Shown here: positions 10,087-21,100 of the stretch, piece after piece
Layout: each line of letters starts with the position of its first letter
Position numbering within the stretch: position 1 is the stretch's first letter
Program-made: the position numbers and the translations under genes
Virus record (IMG/VR): IMGVR_UViG_3300022848_000005
DNA from: a virus
Taxonomy: Duplodnaviria; Caudoviricetes
Length of the DNA stretch: 64,000 bases
Direction: 5' to 3' (one strand)
The notes under the pieces: model-generated
Told to the model about the DNA's origin: nothing
Database searches by the model: none
The model's input: only the letters and a program-made list of their open reading frames with translations

Positions 10087-11088
10087 TTATGTATGTGTAC
10101 TACTACCCAACGCAATTGTTGGATTAGACCAACTCTGAGTCAAATATGTTGTGCTAGGTGGAACACTAGAAATTTCATTTCGTACTGTGCCATCCATAAT
10201 ATCTAAGTCACTATATTCAGTCTTATCAAAGGTACTATCCTCACTTGCGTCATTATAATCTATTGTAACTGTAATAATTGTTCCGTTGTCACTAAAACTC
10301 CCCTGAGTCCCATTTGATTTCACATAAACCTTAACGTTATTTGCTGTATTTACAATATAAGGACTAGCAAATGTAGTCAATGTCTTGTCAAACAGCAATT
10401 GATTGCTTGTAGTTAGGTCATAATAACCTAACGCACTTACGGATGCAGGACTTGATGCATGGGCATCTGTAACTGTAATACTATTTGATTCTCCAGTAAC
10501 TGTTGTAGCGTCTGACTTAAACTGTAGACTTCCTGCCATCTGTACCAATGCGTCCCAACTACGTGCTTTTGCATCGTCTGTGTAGCCAATAACTGTGGGA
10601 TTAATATGTATGTATCCACCTGCATTAAAGAAATATCTTACTTCATCTGCATCTGCCCACGTAAGTGTAATAATTTGTTGTGCCTGTGTTGACCAGGATC
10701 CTGTGCTATCTATGTTTGATGTTGTACTAGAACCGGTTGCTACAGCAGTTTTCCTATTAGTGTGTATAGTGCTAACATTGGCACTAATTGTGCCGATAAC
10801 CTCAATAATGTCTGTAGCACTAGGATTTGTCATAGATGAAATGCTAGATCCCTGATGGTCTGCCGCACTAGTGACACGAGCTAACATAGTAGACCATTGT
10901 GTAGCAGTTACTGTGGATCCTGCTGTAACAGCACTCAGTGTAGTTGCCTGGCCGTAACCTCTGTCTGCTTGTCCGATGCCCCAGACATTGTTTATGTTTG
11001 CACTATCTGTGGAGCCACCGCCTATTAATCCTGTGGCAAATACATTGTATTCGTCATCTAATATCGTGTCTCCGGTTTGGTATGCCAT
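10087..11088 (-). CDS. Virion structural / tail-fibre-associated protein (MAYQTG paralog 1)
   Basis: Same MAYQTGDTILDDEYNVFATG N-terminus; RYFFNAGG. Confidence 0.65.
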   Translation of the reverse strand: MAYQTGDTILDDEYNVFATGLIGGGSTDSANINNVWGIGQADRGYGQATTLSAVTAGSTVTATQWSTMLARVTSAADHQGSSISSMTNPSATDIIEVIGTISANVSTIHTNRKTAVATGSSTTSNIDSTGSWSTQAQQIITLTWADADEVRYFFNAGGYIHINPTVIGYTDDAKARSWDALVQMAGSLQFKSDATTVTGESNSITVTDAHASSPASVSALGYYDLTTSNQLLFDKTLTTFASPYIVNTANNVKVYVKSNGTQGSFSDNGTIITVTIDYNDASEDSTFDKTEYSDLDIMDGTVRNEISSVPPSTTYLTQSWSNPTIALGSSTHT

Positions 11089-11097
11089 ACTACATCC

Positions 11098-12585
11098 TTA
11101 TGAATTCAATTGGACTACTGCTTCTACTACGCCGATGCCATCATCAGTTTTACTTGTTAATGCTCGACCAATTACGTTAAAAGAAGTGATCTCTGAACGA
11201 GTACCTGCTCTTGCAAGTCCGTTTCCAGCTGAAATTAATCTATCACCTTTATTTACCTTACCTAGCACTTGTACTGGTACCCTACCTTGTAGAGCAACAC
11301 CAGGATGTGTTTCATCTGTGCCTGCTCCAGCATTCATCAAGTGTGCTGGTTGTTTACTAATAACACCAAATACATCTTCTGATGCATCGTCTAATACTCT
11401 AGTAATTTCATTAACACCACCTAGTGCAACTACTGTACCAGGTGTATAAACATCATCAGCGTGGAAGCGTTCGGCCACGTCAGCGTATTGCGCTTGTGTT
11501 GATGTTCCGTTAAATGTTGTTGCATATATTGTAGCAAACTTAGTTAACGATGCACCCAAATTATGAGTATTATTAGTGTCTGGTAAAATATTTCCACTTA
11601 TAGTGTTTGCGCCGTTTCTTGCTAGTGCATTACCTGTTAGGATAATGTTGTCTACATAGTTCTTTGTTGCTACACCTAGTCCTGTTGTAGGATCACTTGC
11701 TACTAACAAAGTTGATGTAGCACCATCTATTGTTAATGCCGTAGTAAGTACACCACCATCGTTAACTTTAATGTAGATGTCTCCATCTGATGTTTGATTT
11801 TGAATTGTTGCATCACTGCCACTAACACTGATTTTTACGTCACTGTCAGCACCAACAATAAATCCTGTATCGTTAAGTACACTCAGTGTTCCTGATGTTG
11901 AGTCGTTAGCGTCTGCACGTAAAAACTGTGTACTAGTTAGACTATCTAACAAGTCTGCATTACTTGCTGTGCCTGTTAGTTGGATACCTGCAATAGTTCC
12001 TGTACTTGCAAGATTAATACCTGGCTTAATAGTACTAAATCCTGTAATACTTGGATCTGGGGTAAATGTTCCATCCTTGCTGATAATGCTAACTACTGTG
12101 TTACTAGTATAGTTCTTAATAACGACATGATCCACTGCACCCGGAGTATCGGTGACTGTCTCAACAATGGCGCCTGATGTTCCTGCGCCTGCTGTAGCGG
12201 GTGGACCAACGAGAATAAATGCTGACCCGTCGTATGCTTTCAACTGCTTGTCAGTACTGCTCCACCATAAATCACCTGTTGTGTTATTTGTGGGCGTACT
12301 AGTAGTACTTGTAATTGCTGACAACCGCTTAAAGCCAACAGCACCACTGATGTACACTTTTAAGTGACTGGTAGTAGTATCGTACCAAAGTTGTCCTGCA
12401 ATAGGCGTTCCTGGTTGTGTAGTATTTGCAAAGTTTTCTAACAACTTCACATAGTTTTCGTTCTGTAACTCACCGTAACCAGCATAATTTTTGCCAATTA
12501 AGGTTAAGTCTGAAGTGGTGTCGATAGTACCATCAGCGATTGTTGTTAACACCGCCCCACTTGTTTTGTTAATTGTATAAGCCAT
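11098..12585 (-). CDS. Tail fibre protein with C-terminal autoproteolytic chaperone (peptidase G2-like) domain
   Basis: MAYTINKT N-terminus; C-terminal ADVAERF..PGTVV..GVIS..VALQGRVPV..GDRL..IGRAL. Confidence 0.7.
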   Translation of the reverse strand: MAYTINKTSGAVLTTIADGTIDTTSDLTLIGKNYAGYGELQNENYVKLLENFANTTQPGTPIAGQLWYDTTTSHLKVYISGAVGFKRLSAITSTTSTPTNNTTGDLWWSSTDKQLKAYDGSAFILVGPPATAGAGTSGAIVETVTDTPGAVDHVVIKNYTSNTVVSIISKDGTFTPDPSITGFSTIKPGINLASTGTIAGIQLTGTASNADLLDSLTSTQFLRADANDSTSGTLSVLNDTGFIVGADSDVKISVSGSDATIQNQTSDGDIYIKVNDGGVLTTALTIDGATSTLLVASDPTTGLGVATKNYVDNIILTGNALARNGANTISGNILPDTNNTHNLGASLTKFATIYATTFNGTSTQAQYADVAERFHADDVYTPGTVVALGGVNEITRVLDDASEDVFGVISKQPAHLMNAGAGTDETHPGVALQGRVPVQVLGKVNKGDRLISAGNGLARAGTRSEITSFNVIGRALTSKTDDGIGVVEAVVQLNS

Positions 12586-12609
12586 TTATAGTTTACTCCA
12601 TTTATCTTA

Positions 12610-12616
12610 TATTTAT
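12610..12616 (-). promoter_or_regulatory. T4 gp55-type late promoter
   Basis: ATAAATA on minus strand in the intergenic gap, upstream of GGAG and the ATG at 12585. Confidence 0.6.
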
Positions 12617-12623
12617 TACGATT

Positions 12624-12767
12624 CTAACCTGAGAAAATTTGTTTCCAGGTTCCACTTACTTTAACATAAGCGGCAGTAATGTTCTTCCATGTTCCGCTTA
12701 CCTTGGTCTTAATTGCTGTGACCTGTTTTTGTGATCCTGCTACTTTTACATAAACATTAGTGGACAT
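12624..12767 (-). CDS. 47-aa fibre-associated small protein (not in ORF track)
   Basis: MSTNVYVKVAGSQKQVTAIKTKVSGTWKNITAAYVKVSGTWKQIFSG; TAATG stop-start coupling with the upstream fibre gene; repeated (Y)VKVSGTWK. Confidence 0.75.
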   Translation of the reverse strand: MSTNVYVKVAGSQKQVTAIKTKVSGTWKNITAAYVKVSGTWKQIFSG

Positions 12768-14473
12768 TATGCTTCCCTAACAAACCAGATGTCACCATCG
12801 ACACCATCACTGCCAGTAGGCGCACTTGTTTCAACATGTTTGTTGGAACCCTGCCACTTGGCTGTTTGATCTGCATATGTTTTAAGTGCGTATGAGCCCA
12901 ACGTGTCTGATACAGCACTATCTACGTAACCTTTTGTTGCGGCATGCCCTGTTGCTGTTGGTACACCAGATAATGTTAATGCACCTGTCAATGTATCGCC
13001 GGCAATATTAACAGCACCTAAGTTCGTCCTTGCGTCTGCGGCTGAGCTTGCGCCTGTGCCGCCTTCTGTAACTGCTAAGTCATTGGTTAGCGCCAGTGTA
13101 GTTATTGTTGCTGTGCCACTTACAGTTAACCCGCCTAGTGTGCCAACGCTTGTGATATTTGTTTGTGACGCAGAGCCTAGTGTACCACTAATTACCCCAC
13201 TTGCAACATTGATACCATTATTAAACGTTGCTGAACCAGATACTTGTAGTCCGCTCAATGTTCCAATTTGATTAATGTTTGTTTGTGCCGCTGTACTTAA
13301 CGTTCCTGTTAATGTTGTTGCACTAAATGTATTTGCAGTTACTGTGTCAGTGACTGCTAAACTTCCCAATGTACCAATACTTGTGATATTAGGCTGTGCC
13401 GCTGTACTTAACGTTCCTGTTAATGTTGTTGCACTAAATGTATTTGCAGTTACTGTGCCAGTGACTGCTAAACTTCCCAATGTACCAATACTTGTGATAT
13501 TAGGCTGTGCCGCTGTCGTCAATGTACCCACAACTGTGTCTCCAGTAAGTACACCTGATGCCGTTATAGTTCCTGCTGAAAGGATTGCCGCTGACAATGT
13601 ATTAGTTGCTATAACATTACCAGTGCTACCATCTAGTGTCAGTAAAGTAGATAATGTAGAACTGTCTTTGGCCTGAAAAATAATATCTTTGTTTAATGCT
13701 TCATTTTTTACTATATAATCATCGTCTTGTATTTCCTGAGTCACAAATGCGTTTGAGCCCAGCACCATACCAGCATTATTATTAATTGTTAACTTTGCTG
13801 TTGCTACATTCGCCAGGTCTAGTCGCATAAATTTTGAACTATCTAAACTGTCGACCTGATCTGCACTTGTGGCAGTTCCTTGGAACTTCATTGACGAATA
13901 ATCAGCACTAAAAGTTAAGCCTGCTTTTATCTCTGCAAAGCCACTAATACTAGGACTAGGAGTAAATGTTGTCGTTGATATATATGCTATAACAACCCCT
14001 GCTTGCATGACCTTACTAACAACATAACTTGTTGTTGTGCTATCTTGTAATGTTTCAACAAATATACCACTTTGCCCTTGTGAATCTGTGTATTGCGGGC
14101 CTAATAGTTTGTGAGCATTTCCGTCTGTTAGATACAACTGCTCGTTTGTGGTGTTATACCATAAATCTCCTGCTTGCTGACTTGCAGGGGTAGATGATTG
14201 CACAACTACCACACCAAGTGATTTAAAAACAGATCCGTTGTAGACGCTAAGTCTATCATTACTCTTATCCCACCAGAGCTGCCCCTCAAGTGGGGTCGTT
14301 GGTGAAGTGGCATTACTGAAGTTTTCCAGTAGTTTAATTAAATTTTCATTAAAAACTTCACCAAAATTACTGTAATTCTTGCCAATCAGTCTTAAGTTTG
14401 TTGTTGTGTCCAATGTCCCATCTTCAACTACAGTTAAGATAGTGTCATCTGTCTTATTAATGGTATAACTCAT
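12767..14473 (-). CDS. Tail fibre protein
   Basis: MSYTINKT N-terminus paralogous to 11098..12585; TAAQPNITSIGTL repeats; ATKGYVD motif. Confidence 0.75.
   Translation of the reverse strand: MSYTINKTDDTILTVVEDGTLDTTTNLRLIGKNYSNFGEVFNENLIKLLENFSNATSPTTPLEGQLWWDKSNDRLSVYNGSVFKSLGVVVVQSSTPASQQAGDLWYNTTNEQLYLTDGNAHKLLGPQYTDSQGQSGIFVETLQDSTTTSYVVSKVMQAGVVIAYISTTTFTPSPSISGFAEIKAGLTFSADYSSMKFQGTATSADQVDSLDSSKFMRLDLANVATAKLTINNNAGMVLGSNAFVTQEIQDDDYIVKNEALNKDIIFQAKDSSTLSTLLTLDGSTGNVIATNTLSAAILSAGTITASGVLTGDTVVGTLTTAAQPNITSIGTLGSLAVTGTVTANTFSATTLTGTLSTAAQPNITSIGTLGSLAVTDTVTANTFSATTLTGTLSTAAQTNINQIGTLSGLQVSGSATFNNGINVASGVISGTLGSASQTNITSVGTLGGLTVSGTATITTLALTNDLAVTEGGTGASSAADARTNLGAVNIAGDTLTGALTLSGVPTATGHAATKGYVDSAVSDTLGSYALKTYADQTAKWQGSNKHVETSAPTGSDGVDGDIWFVREA
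13284..13516. repeat. Near-perfect 111-nt (37-aa) tandem duplication within fibre gene
   Basis: tgtgccgctgt recurs at 13284, 13395 and 13506; the two full units differ at about one base (D vs G codon). Confidence 0.9.
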
Positions 14474-15129
14474 TATGCAACACCGGTTAAGTTAGTTAAA
14501 CTCTGAATTCTAACAGTATAGTCAATTTGTATTAATCTATTCAATGATTTTTGCACTGGATGAAAAATTACGTGTGTTAGTAATTTGCCTGTAGCAATTG
14601 TCCCTACCCAACTCTTAAGCCCTAGTTCGTCAAAAACATACTCCTCATCTAAATTGGAGGTGTTATCAAATGCACTTTGTCCGCTAGGTTCTCCATAATC
14701 TAATAAACAAGTTACTAGAATATCTGTGTAATTGTTGCCCGCTGTGTGCCTAGTTTCAATTTTATTTCTGGTGGGGTCTGTATTTAAACTGGAGTTATCA
14801 TCTACAACTTTGTAATAAGTTTGGTTGTATAAGTCAGAATTTTGACCTGTGTTGTTTGCTGGCAAATATGTAATTACCCCGGTAGGGTCCACACTTGTGC
14901 CACCGTTGCCAAAGTGCATCTCATGAATAAATCCAGTGGTTTTGTTTGATAAACTTAGTGCTAGTGCTTCACTGATGTTCTCGTAATGAATAGCATTACG
15001 TTTATCCACAAATACTTCACCTGAGTCTGGATCATGAATTTTTATGTGGCCTTCTATATGGATTCCAGAGTCCTCATTGGGCTTTTCTTGTTGTTCAGTA
15101 GTCATATTATCCTGCTTATTTTCTTCCAT
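14473..15129 (-). CDS. Virion structural protein
   Basis: HIEGHIKIHDP..KRNAIH..FDELGL..LLTHVIFHPVQKS; lies in the baseplate/fibre operon. Confidence 0.65.
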   Translation of the reverse strand: MEENKQDNMTTEQQEKPNEDSGIHIEGHIKIHDPDSGEVFVDKRNAIHYENISEALALSLSNKTTGFIHEMHFGNGGTSVDPTGVITYLPANNTGQNSDLYNQTYYKVVDDNSSLNTDPTRNKIETRHTAGNNYTDILVTCLLDYGEPSGQSAFDNTSNLDEEYVFDELGLKSWVGTIATGKLLTHVIFHPVQKSLNRLIQIDYTVRIQSLTNLTGVA

Positions 15130-15134
15130 ATTAG

Positions 15135-15141
15135 TATTTAT
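15135..15141 (-). promoter_or_regulatory. Late promoter overlapping the upstream stop codon
   Basis: ATAAATA then 5 nt to ATG. Confidence 0.55.
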
Positions 15142-18100
15142 CCTTGGTAAAATGCTGTTCGATCTCTTAGGAATTTAGCCTGTGTAGTTGTTGCTGTACC
15201 CAAACTTTTACCTGCTGTAGTCTTAACCACCAGTGTGCTTCCGTCCGGACCAACCTGGCCTCCTGCATCTATGTCATACCATATCTTTGTTGTAGCTGGT
15301 ACATTCTGCTGTGTACTTGCATCCTGCACTGTACTGCCTGCCAGGTGAGTATTTTTTGCGCCTGTACCATATGTTCCTCTTCTTAACTGCGATAATGTGT
15401 TATTTGCTTTGTCTATTGCATAATATGTAATTCGTTCACTGTCAATATACACAATGCCTGGATCGTTGGCTGTTATACCTGGATCTGGTAAAACACTTGC
15501 ATTAGTAACGTGTATTTCAGTATCTGTAATCTGTAGCGTTCTAGACAATGTAGTAGCCTCTTGGTCACTAATACGTTTGTAAATTACATTGCCTAATATA
15601 TCTTGCCCTATTCTAAATCCAAATGCATCTGGTCTTACGTTTTCAGTAAACGACGTTACTGCTATTACTGTATCACCAGCTACATTTAAGTGGTCTCCCA
15701 ATAATATCTTATTAGTGCCAGTTATTTCAAAGTCCACTGTTGGGTGTATTCTAACACCATCTACAGCAACCCAGAGAAAAGTTGCATTTGTTACGCCTCT
15801 GCTTAAGGTATATTCAGGTGTTGTAACAACTAATGACGTTTCTCCGTCAAAAGTATCTGCCTCATACCCAAGTTCATCATACCCTGTTGTAACTGTTGTT
15901 GTACCTGTTGTAGTACCAACGAAAACCTGTGTTCTCATACGTAGCGGATCATGGTTAGCAAAAGTGTGTATAGTTATAGTATTACCTGCCGCTAAAGTTA
16001 AGCCACTGTCTAATAAAATCTCGCTACTTGAATTAATTCTAAATTGTTGTCCTGTTAGTAAAGATATAACAACTCTGTTGCCACTTACTGGTGCTGTAAT
16101 GAATGTAATATAACGTAAACTACTACCGTCACTCGGTGCTAGTGTATAATCAATATTTTGCACAAGTCTCGTACCATTATTATACACTTCTACATCGTTG
16201 TCTGCAACCGTATCCGGATCTAATGTTCCATCACTGCCACTTACTGTGTACACTGTGGTTGATCCATCACCGGTATAATAAGCATTATTAGATGGGCGTA
16301 ATCTTGTTCCATTTAGCTCTAAGATAAGCATCGCACTCAACGGACCTTCATATTGTAATTCTTTGTCTAGAGTTATTGTATAGTCAGTTGGGTATGTTCC
16401 ACCTGTCAGTGTCTCATATTGAGAATGTGGGTAAGAAACATCTCTTACGCCCGTTGCACCATTATGCACGTGGACGTCAATGTGTGTTCCTGCCAACGGA
16501 GCAGGACTAAACCTAATAATTGCTTGTCCTGGATCGCTATCAACTACAGTGTGTGCTGTCTCTACGTTGTCTACTAGTACTAACGTATTTATTGTTAATG
16601 CATAGTCAGCATTAACAATAAAATCTGTTGTGCTTCCGTCTCCGGCATATTCACCGGTAAAAATTTCATTATTTCCAACAATATCCATAACATAAATGAA
16701 TACAATGTCACCGGCAACTGGAGTAGTTCCTAAAGTTATTGTTCTATTAGTGTAATCTGTTGTGTAGTGCGTAGGATTGTGTAGGTCACCTCGAGTTTGA
16801 GTGTAAACAAAGAGTTGGTGGCCCCCAGGAGCACTTGCCCAACTAAACGTTGTTGCGCTTCCGTCTCCGGTATGAGTTATTAAGTGTTGCAGACTTCCGC
16901 TACCGTCTGATTCGATATCGTTGCCAGATGTTTGATATACCTGTATGTCTAAAGTATCAAAAACTCTGCCAGGTAGTAACTCCTGCGGAGCAAACGAACT
17001 GAACTCATCAACAAATGCGGCGCCATCTATATTAATATCTTCTGCCTTTAACCCTAGCGTTACAGATGAGCCATCTGCGTCTACGAACGTACTACTAATA
17101 AAAGTATCGTAATAGTCCGTACTTGCTTCAATACTGCTTGCATCACTGTATGTTGTGTTTAGGTCCTGCACGAGAACGCCTCGATATTCTAATCCATCAA
17201 CTAACTGAGTTAGGTCTCTACCCAACATTCCACTAGTAGGATTGTATAATGCCATAATCCTATCATTGGCGTTTTCGAATTCGCTACCACCTAGTTCTGT
17301 TAAGTTTGTTAAACTAAACGTGCTTCCACTAGTGAAGCCTGTTGTGGCTTGATACGCTTTGCCTAGGTATCTAATATAATCGTCTTCAGCGTATGCCGTG
17401 CTAGCGGCCCAGTCGTTAATAGTATGGCTATAAGTAATACGGTCAAATTTTAATGTATTACTAAAAGTTCTTACAAGTGTGTTGTTGCCTAATTGTACAT
17501 ACGCCTTTGCTGTTGTTCCCGTAATAGGTGCAGGTCCTATAGTTACTGTTGGAGTAGTTGTATAACCGACTCCTCTGGTGACCATAGTTATAGATGTTAC
17601 TATACCGTTAACTATTCTTGCTGTAGCCGTTGCGCCGGTGCCTCCCCCACCTGTAATTGTTACTGTGGGAGTTTGCGTGTAACCTACTCCACCTTGGTAG
17701 ATATCAATGCTCTGTACTTGATACTTGTGGTGAGTGTTCCAGTCTGTATATTCTGGTTGTGTTGACAGTAGATCCGGGTCAACAGTAAACTCTCCACTAG
17801 GACTCCTAAACCGGTTTACAGTGGTGTGGTAATATGCTGGCAAATCAAAGTCACTGTTGCCTACGTAGTTATTCTCTAACTTAGTATAATTAAGTAGGTA
17901 TTCCCTTATCTTTGTGTGGTAAGGTTTAACCTCATTAATGTAATCCTGTAAATATGTCTGGTTGTCTTTCTGATAACTAGGATTTTGGTCAAGGTCTCTT
18001 AACTTGTGTAATACCGTTAATAAACTAGTCTTGAATGCATAATCAACAGAAGTTTGCTCAGACAAGATTTGTCTAATAAGAACAAAGAACATATTTCGGT

Positions 18101-18182
18101 GTTCAATACTTAGATCTTTAATGAAAATATCATTTTCTAATGCCTCTAAGATATTTCTAATCTCTGTTGATCCTACGGCCAT
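15138..18182 (-). CDS. Large baseplate/virion structural protein (continuation-type partner of the giant protein)
   Basis: YINEVKPYHTKIREY, repeated GDGSTT.F beta modules, C-terminal LRRGTYGT..H..GS. Confidence 0.7.
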   Translation of the reverse strand: MAVGSTEIRNILEALENDIFIKDLSIEHRNMFFVLIRQILSEQTSVDYAFKTSLLTVLHKLRDLDQNPSYQKDNQTYLQDYINEVKPYHTKIREYLLNYTKLENNYVGNSDFDLPAYYHTTVNRFRSPSGEFTVDPDLLSTQPEYTDWNTHHKYQVQSIDIYQGGVGYTQTPTVTITGGGGTGATATARIVNGIVTSITMVTRGVGYTTTPTVTIGPAPITGTTAKAYVQLGNNTLVRTFSNTLKFDRITYSHTINDWAASTAYAEDDYIRYLGKAYQATTGFTSGSTFSLTNLTELGGSEFENANDRIMALYNPTSGMLGRDLTQLVDGLEYRGVLVQDLNTTYSDASSIEASTDYYDTFISSTFVDADGSSVTLGLKAEDINIDGAAFVDEFSSFAPQELLPGRVFDTLDIQVYQTSGNDIESDGSGSLQHLITHTGDGSATTFSWASAPGGHQLFVYTQTRGDLHNPTHYTTDYTNRTITLGTTPVAGDIVFIYVMDIVGNNEIFTGEYAGDGSTTDFIVNADYALTINTLVLVDNVETAHTVVDSDPGQAIIRFSPAPLAGTHIDVHVHNGATGVRDVSYPHSQYETLTGGTYPTDYTITLDKELQYEGPLSAMLILELNGTRLRPSNNAYYTGDGSTTVYTVSGSDGTLDPDTVADNDVEVYNNGTRLVQNIDYTLAPSDGSSLRYITFITAPVSGNRVVISLLTGQQFRINSSSEILLDSGLTLAAGNTITIHTFANHDPLRMRTQVFVGTTTGTTTVTTGYDELGYEADTFDGETSLVVTTPEYTLSRGVTNATFLWVAVDGVRIHPTVDFEITGTNKILLGDHLNVAGDTVIAVTSFTENVRPDAFGFRIGQDILGNVIYKRISDQEATTLSRTLQITDTEIHVTNASVLPDPGITANDPGIVYIDSERITYYAIDKANNTLSQLRRGTYGTGAKNTHLAGSTVQDASTQQNVPATTKIWYDIDAGGQVGPDGSTLVVKTTAGKSLGTATTTQAKFLRDRTAFYQG

Positions 18183-18192
18183 TTAATTTCCT

Positions 18193-21100
18193 TTATTCAT
18201 GTGTTTTACTGTACAAACTTGTTGCAGGCACTGACCAGGTTTTGCTTATGTATGTTGCGCTTGGTTCGTAATACGTAACTGCTGATCGTACTGTTCCGTC
18301 CATTGTGTCTGTTGGTGCACCTGTTGAATCGTCTGACGCATCAGACAAAACAACTGTAAATGTAATTATCGTTCCGTTGTCAGTGTTATTGCCAATTGTG
18401 CCATTTGTTTTTGCATAAATTTTTACGTTGTTTGCTGTGGCACTTATATACGGACTTCCCGCTGTGGTTAACGTTTTCTCGAAAATTAATTGGTCTACCG
18501 AAGTTAAATCATAATATCCAATATTAGAACCTACAACACTTGTACTACTTGTGTGTGTTTCTGTTACAGTAGCACTTGTGCTATCTCCCGTAACTGTGGT
18601 TGTTTGTGCGTTTAATTTTATTGTGCCACTCATCTGTGTAAGTGCAACCCAACTACGTGCTTTGGCATCATCTGTATAACCTGTAACTGTGGGTGCAATT
18701 GCAATGTAACCGCCAGCATTAAAGAAATAACGTGTCTTGTCGGGATCATTGAATACCGATCTTATTACCTGAGTTGCACTATCACTCCAGGATCCTGTGC
18801 TATCTATGTTTGTTAACCGACCGACATTGGTTGTTTTTGCAACCAATCTGTTTGTGTGAATATTAGTTATGTTTGTACTAATATCATCTAAGTCCAGTTC
18901 TAAATCATCTGAGGACATAGCCAACATCGCTGTGTCCTGATGACTTCCTATACTATTATTAATAGTGAACATAGCACTCCATTCTTCAGTTGATGGTTCA
19001 CTATCCTCTGCTTTAGGTACTATGATATTTGTTTGTCCATAGCCTGCGTCTCCACTGCCTATGCCCCATACATTATTAATATTAGCACCTACTTGTTGTA
19101 TTCCTGATTGTGCTCCTGTAGCAAAAATATTATAATCGTCCCAGTACCCAGATTGTACTTCTGACCAAATTGTAGACTTAAACTGTATGGTGCCGTCTTC
19201 TAATCCCACTACTTCTGTAGTTAAGTCATCCTTAACACGAAGCACTTCAAATAAACCGTTACCCCTGTTTGTAACATTAATTATATCTCCTACAGATAAA
19301 TTAGTAAGCCCTGCAACTGCATTTCTATCAGTCACATTGTGGTCTGGTATAGTTGTTAAATCATGATCTGACGCATACCAATCTGCATAATCCCAGTACG
19401 TTGTTGTATCGTATGACTGTTTATCTATCTGCAACCATATGCGTGTGCTTGAATCAACTACATCTAATTCGTATAGTGACCAACCACCTGCATTATTTTG
19501 TTCATCTGCTAGTACGAGTACTTTGTACCCGTCGCTGAATAAGTCTTGATCTAAGAACAGTAGCTCTGCATAACTGTTTAAACTTTCTGTCCAACCACCA
19601 ACTGCTTTAGTAGGTGTGGGCTCTTTAGATAATAACCTGGTTAAGTCTCTCGATTCAGACACCTGATTTTCTGTCATAACAATGTTAACATACCTAAACA
19701 ATGCTTCTAATGCATTGCCTCGATCCACAAACACAGTCTGTCTAGGTCTAATGTTTATTCCATACCGCTCAGTTTTTACTAAGCCTGTCTGAGGTACTGC
19801 ATTTCCGTATACGTCCTCACCACACAAACTATCGTATAGTTTTTCAACAATGTTATTAGGCAATGCGGCATCTGCTTTGTTCTCTTGCACGAGTTGATAT
19901 TCGTTGTGTAAGACTGCTTCATTATAACTTGTGTCATAATTTATACCCAGGATTACATTATCTGAATCTATATAAGATTGTATATTAAACATACCTATTA
20001 GGTTCTTGTCCATTATAGCTATATGTGCAACTCCCTGATTGAAGGGATCTGTCAGCAATGCATTTACCTGACTGATTGTTAGACTCTTAGTTATGTTGTC
20101 TGTCACTGTTCTTTGACCTACCCAATAACAATAAATTGGAGTAGAAGCGCCTGTACTTGTGTCGTTTTTAGTTTTTGTAACATAGTCTATGTTGTTCTCG
20201 TCTCTTGGGACTCCGTTGTATCCTGCACTTACATAGTTGCTAGGAAGCACATCAGTTTCTACCCATTCATAAACATTAAAGACACTGCCAGGAAAACTAG
20301 ATCCCCAGTTATTTGATCTATAGAGGTAATCTCCTTGTTCGTAATCTATATAACGAACAGTACTGGTGTCCCACCAATACTTGCCTTTATTAAAACCTGA
20401 CCAACCGGTAGAGTATGTGGCAGGATCTACTTCAGAAATGTAGTCTGTCTCTTGGCTTGCTAAACCTATAAACTTTCCTTTAGCAGGGTCATAAACATCT
20501 AAGTATGTAGATATTTCTTTAGTAACTCTATTATAGAGATATGCTTTATTAATAACTCTTGGTTCTATCTGACTAGTTCGAGATCTAAGTACTTTCCAAC
20601 CACCAACACCTGTACTATCAAAATCATATACTGCGCCTGCGTCAATGCCTTGCTCGTCATCTTGCTCGGCCCCAACTACAGCGTAATTACCTCTAACACT
20701 AATACTAACACCGAACCGATCTTCTGCCGCCATGTTGTCAGTTGCAGAACTAACTTCTAGTTCTTGCACAAAGTCAAACTGTCCAGGATCAGTAACGAGA
20801 TTGCGAGGATTACCTAAAAATTCGTACACGTAGGCTGCGCCAGAGTTAGGATTTGTATCAAAGAATGTTGTGCTATCTATATCAAAAGTTGTATCTGGTT
20901 TGTTATCAACAGCGTCAACATCAAACTGTACATTAACTCTCATAGTGCAGTTAGGAGCACCGACAAACAACTTGGTTGCATCATCACTTATTGCAATGGT
21001 GTCACCAAAATTACTGTTGGAAGAACCTTTGGGCGCTAGTATTGATTGTGTGTAGTAAAATACTGTTAAGCCTAAATCAATTAATCCTGTGCCTACGCCT

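Noticed and set aside
10976-11449. Antisense ORFs over fibre, baseplate, tape-measure and capsid genes (e.g. 10976..11449, 15589..16113, 48078..48854, 53296..53856, 63374..63880)
   Set aside because: They are Val/Pro/Ser-rich mirror frames of Thr/Gly/Ala-rich real genes, with no SD, promoter or motifs.
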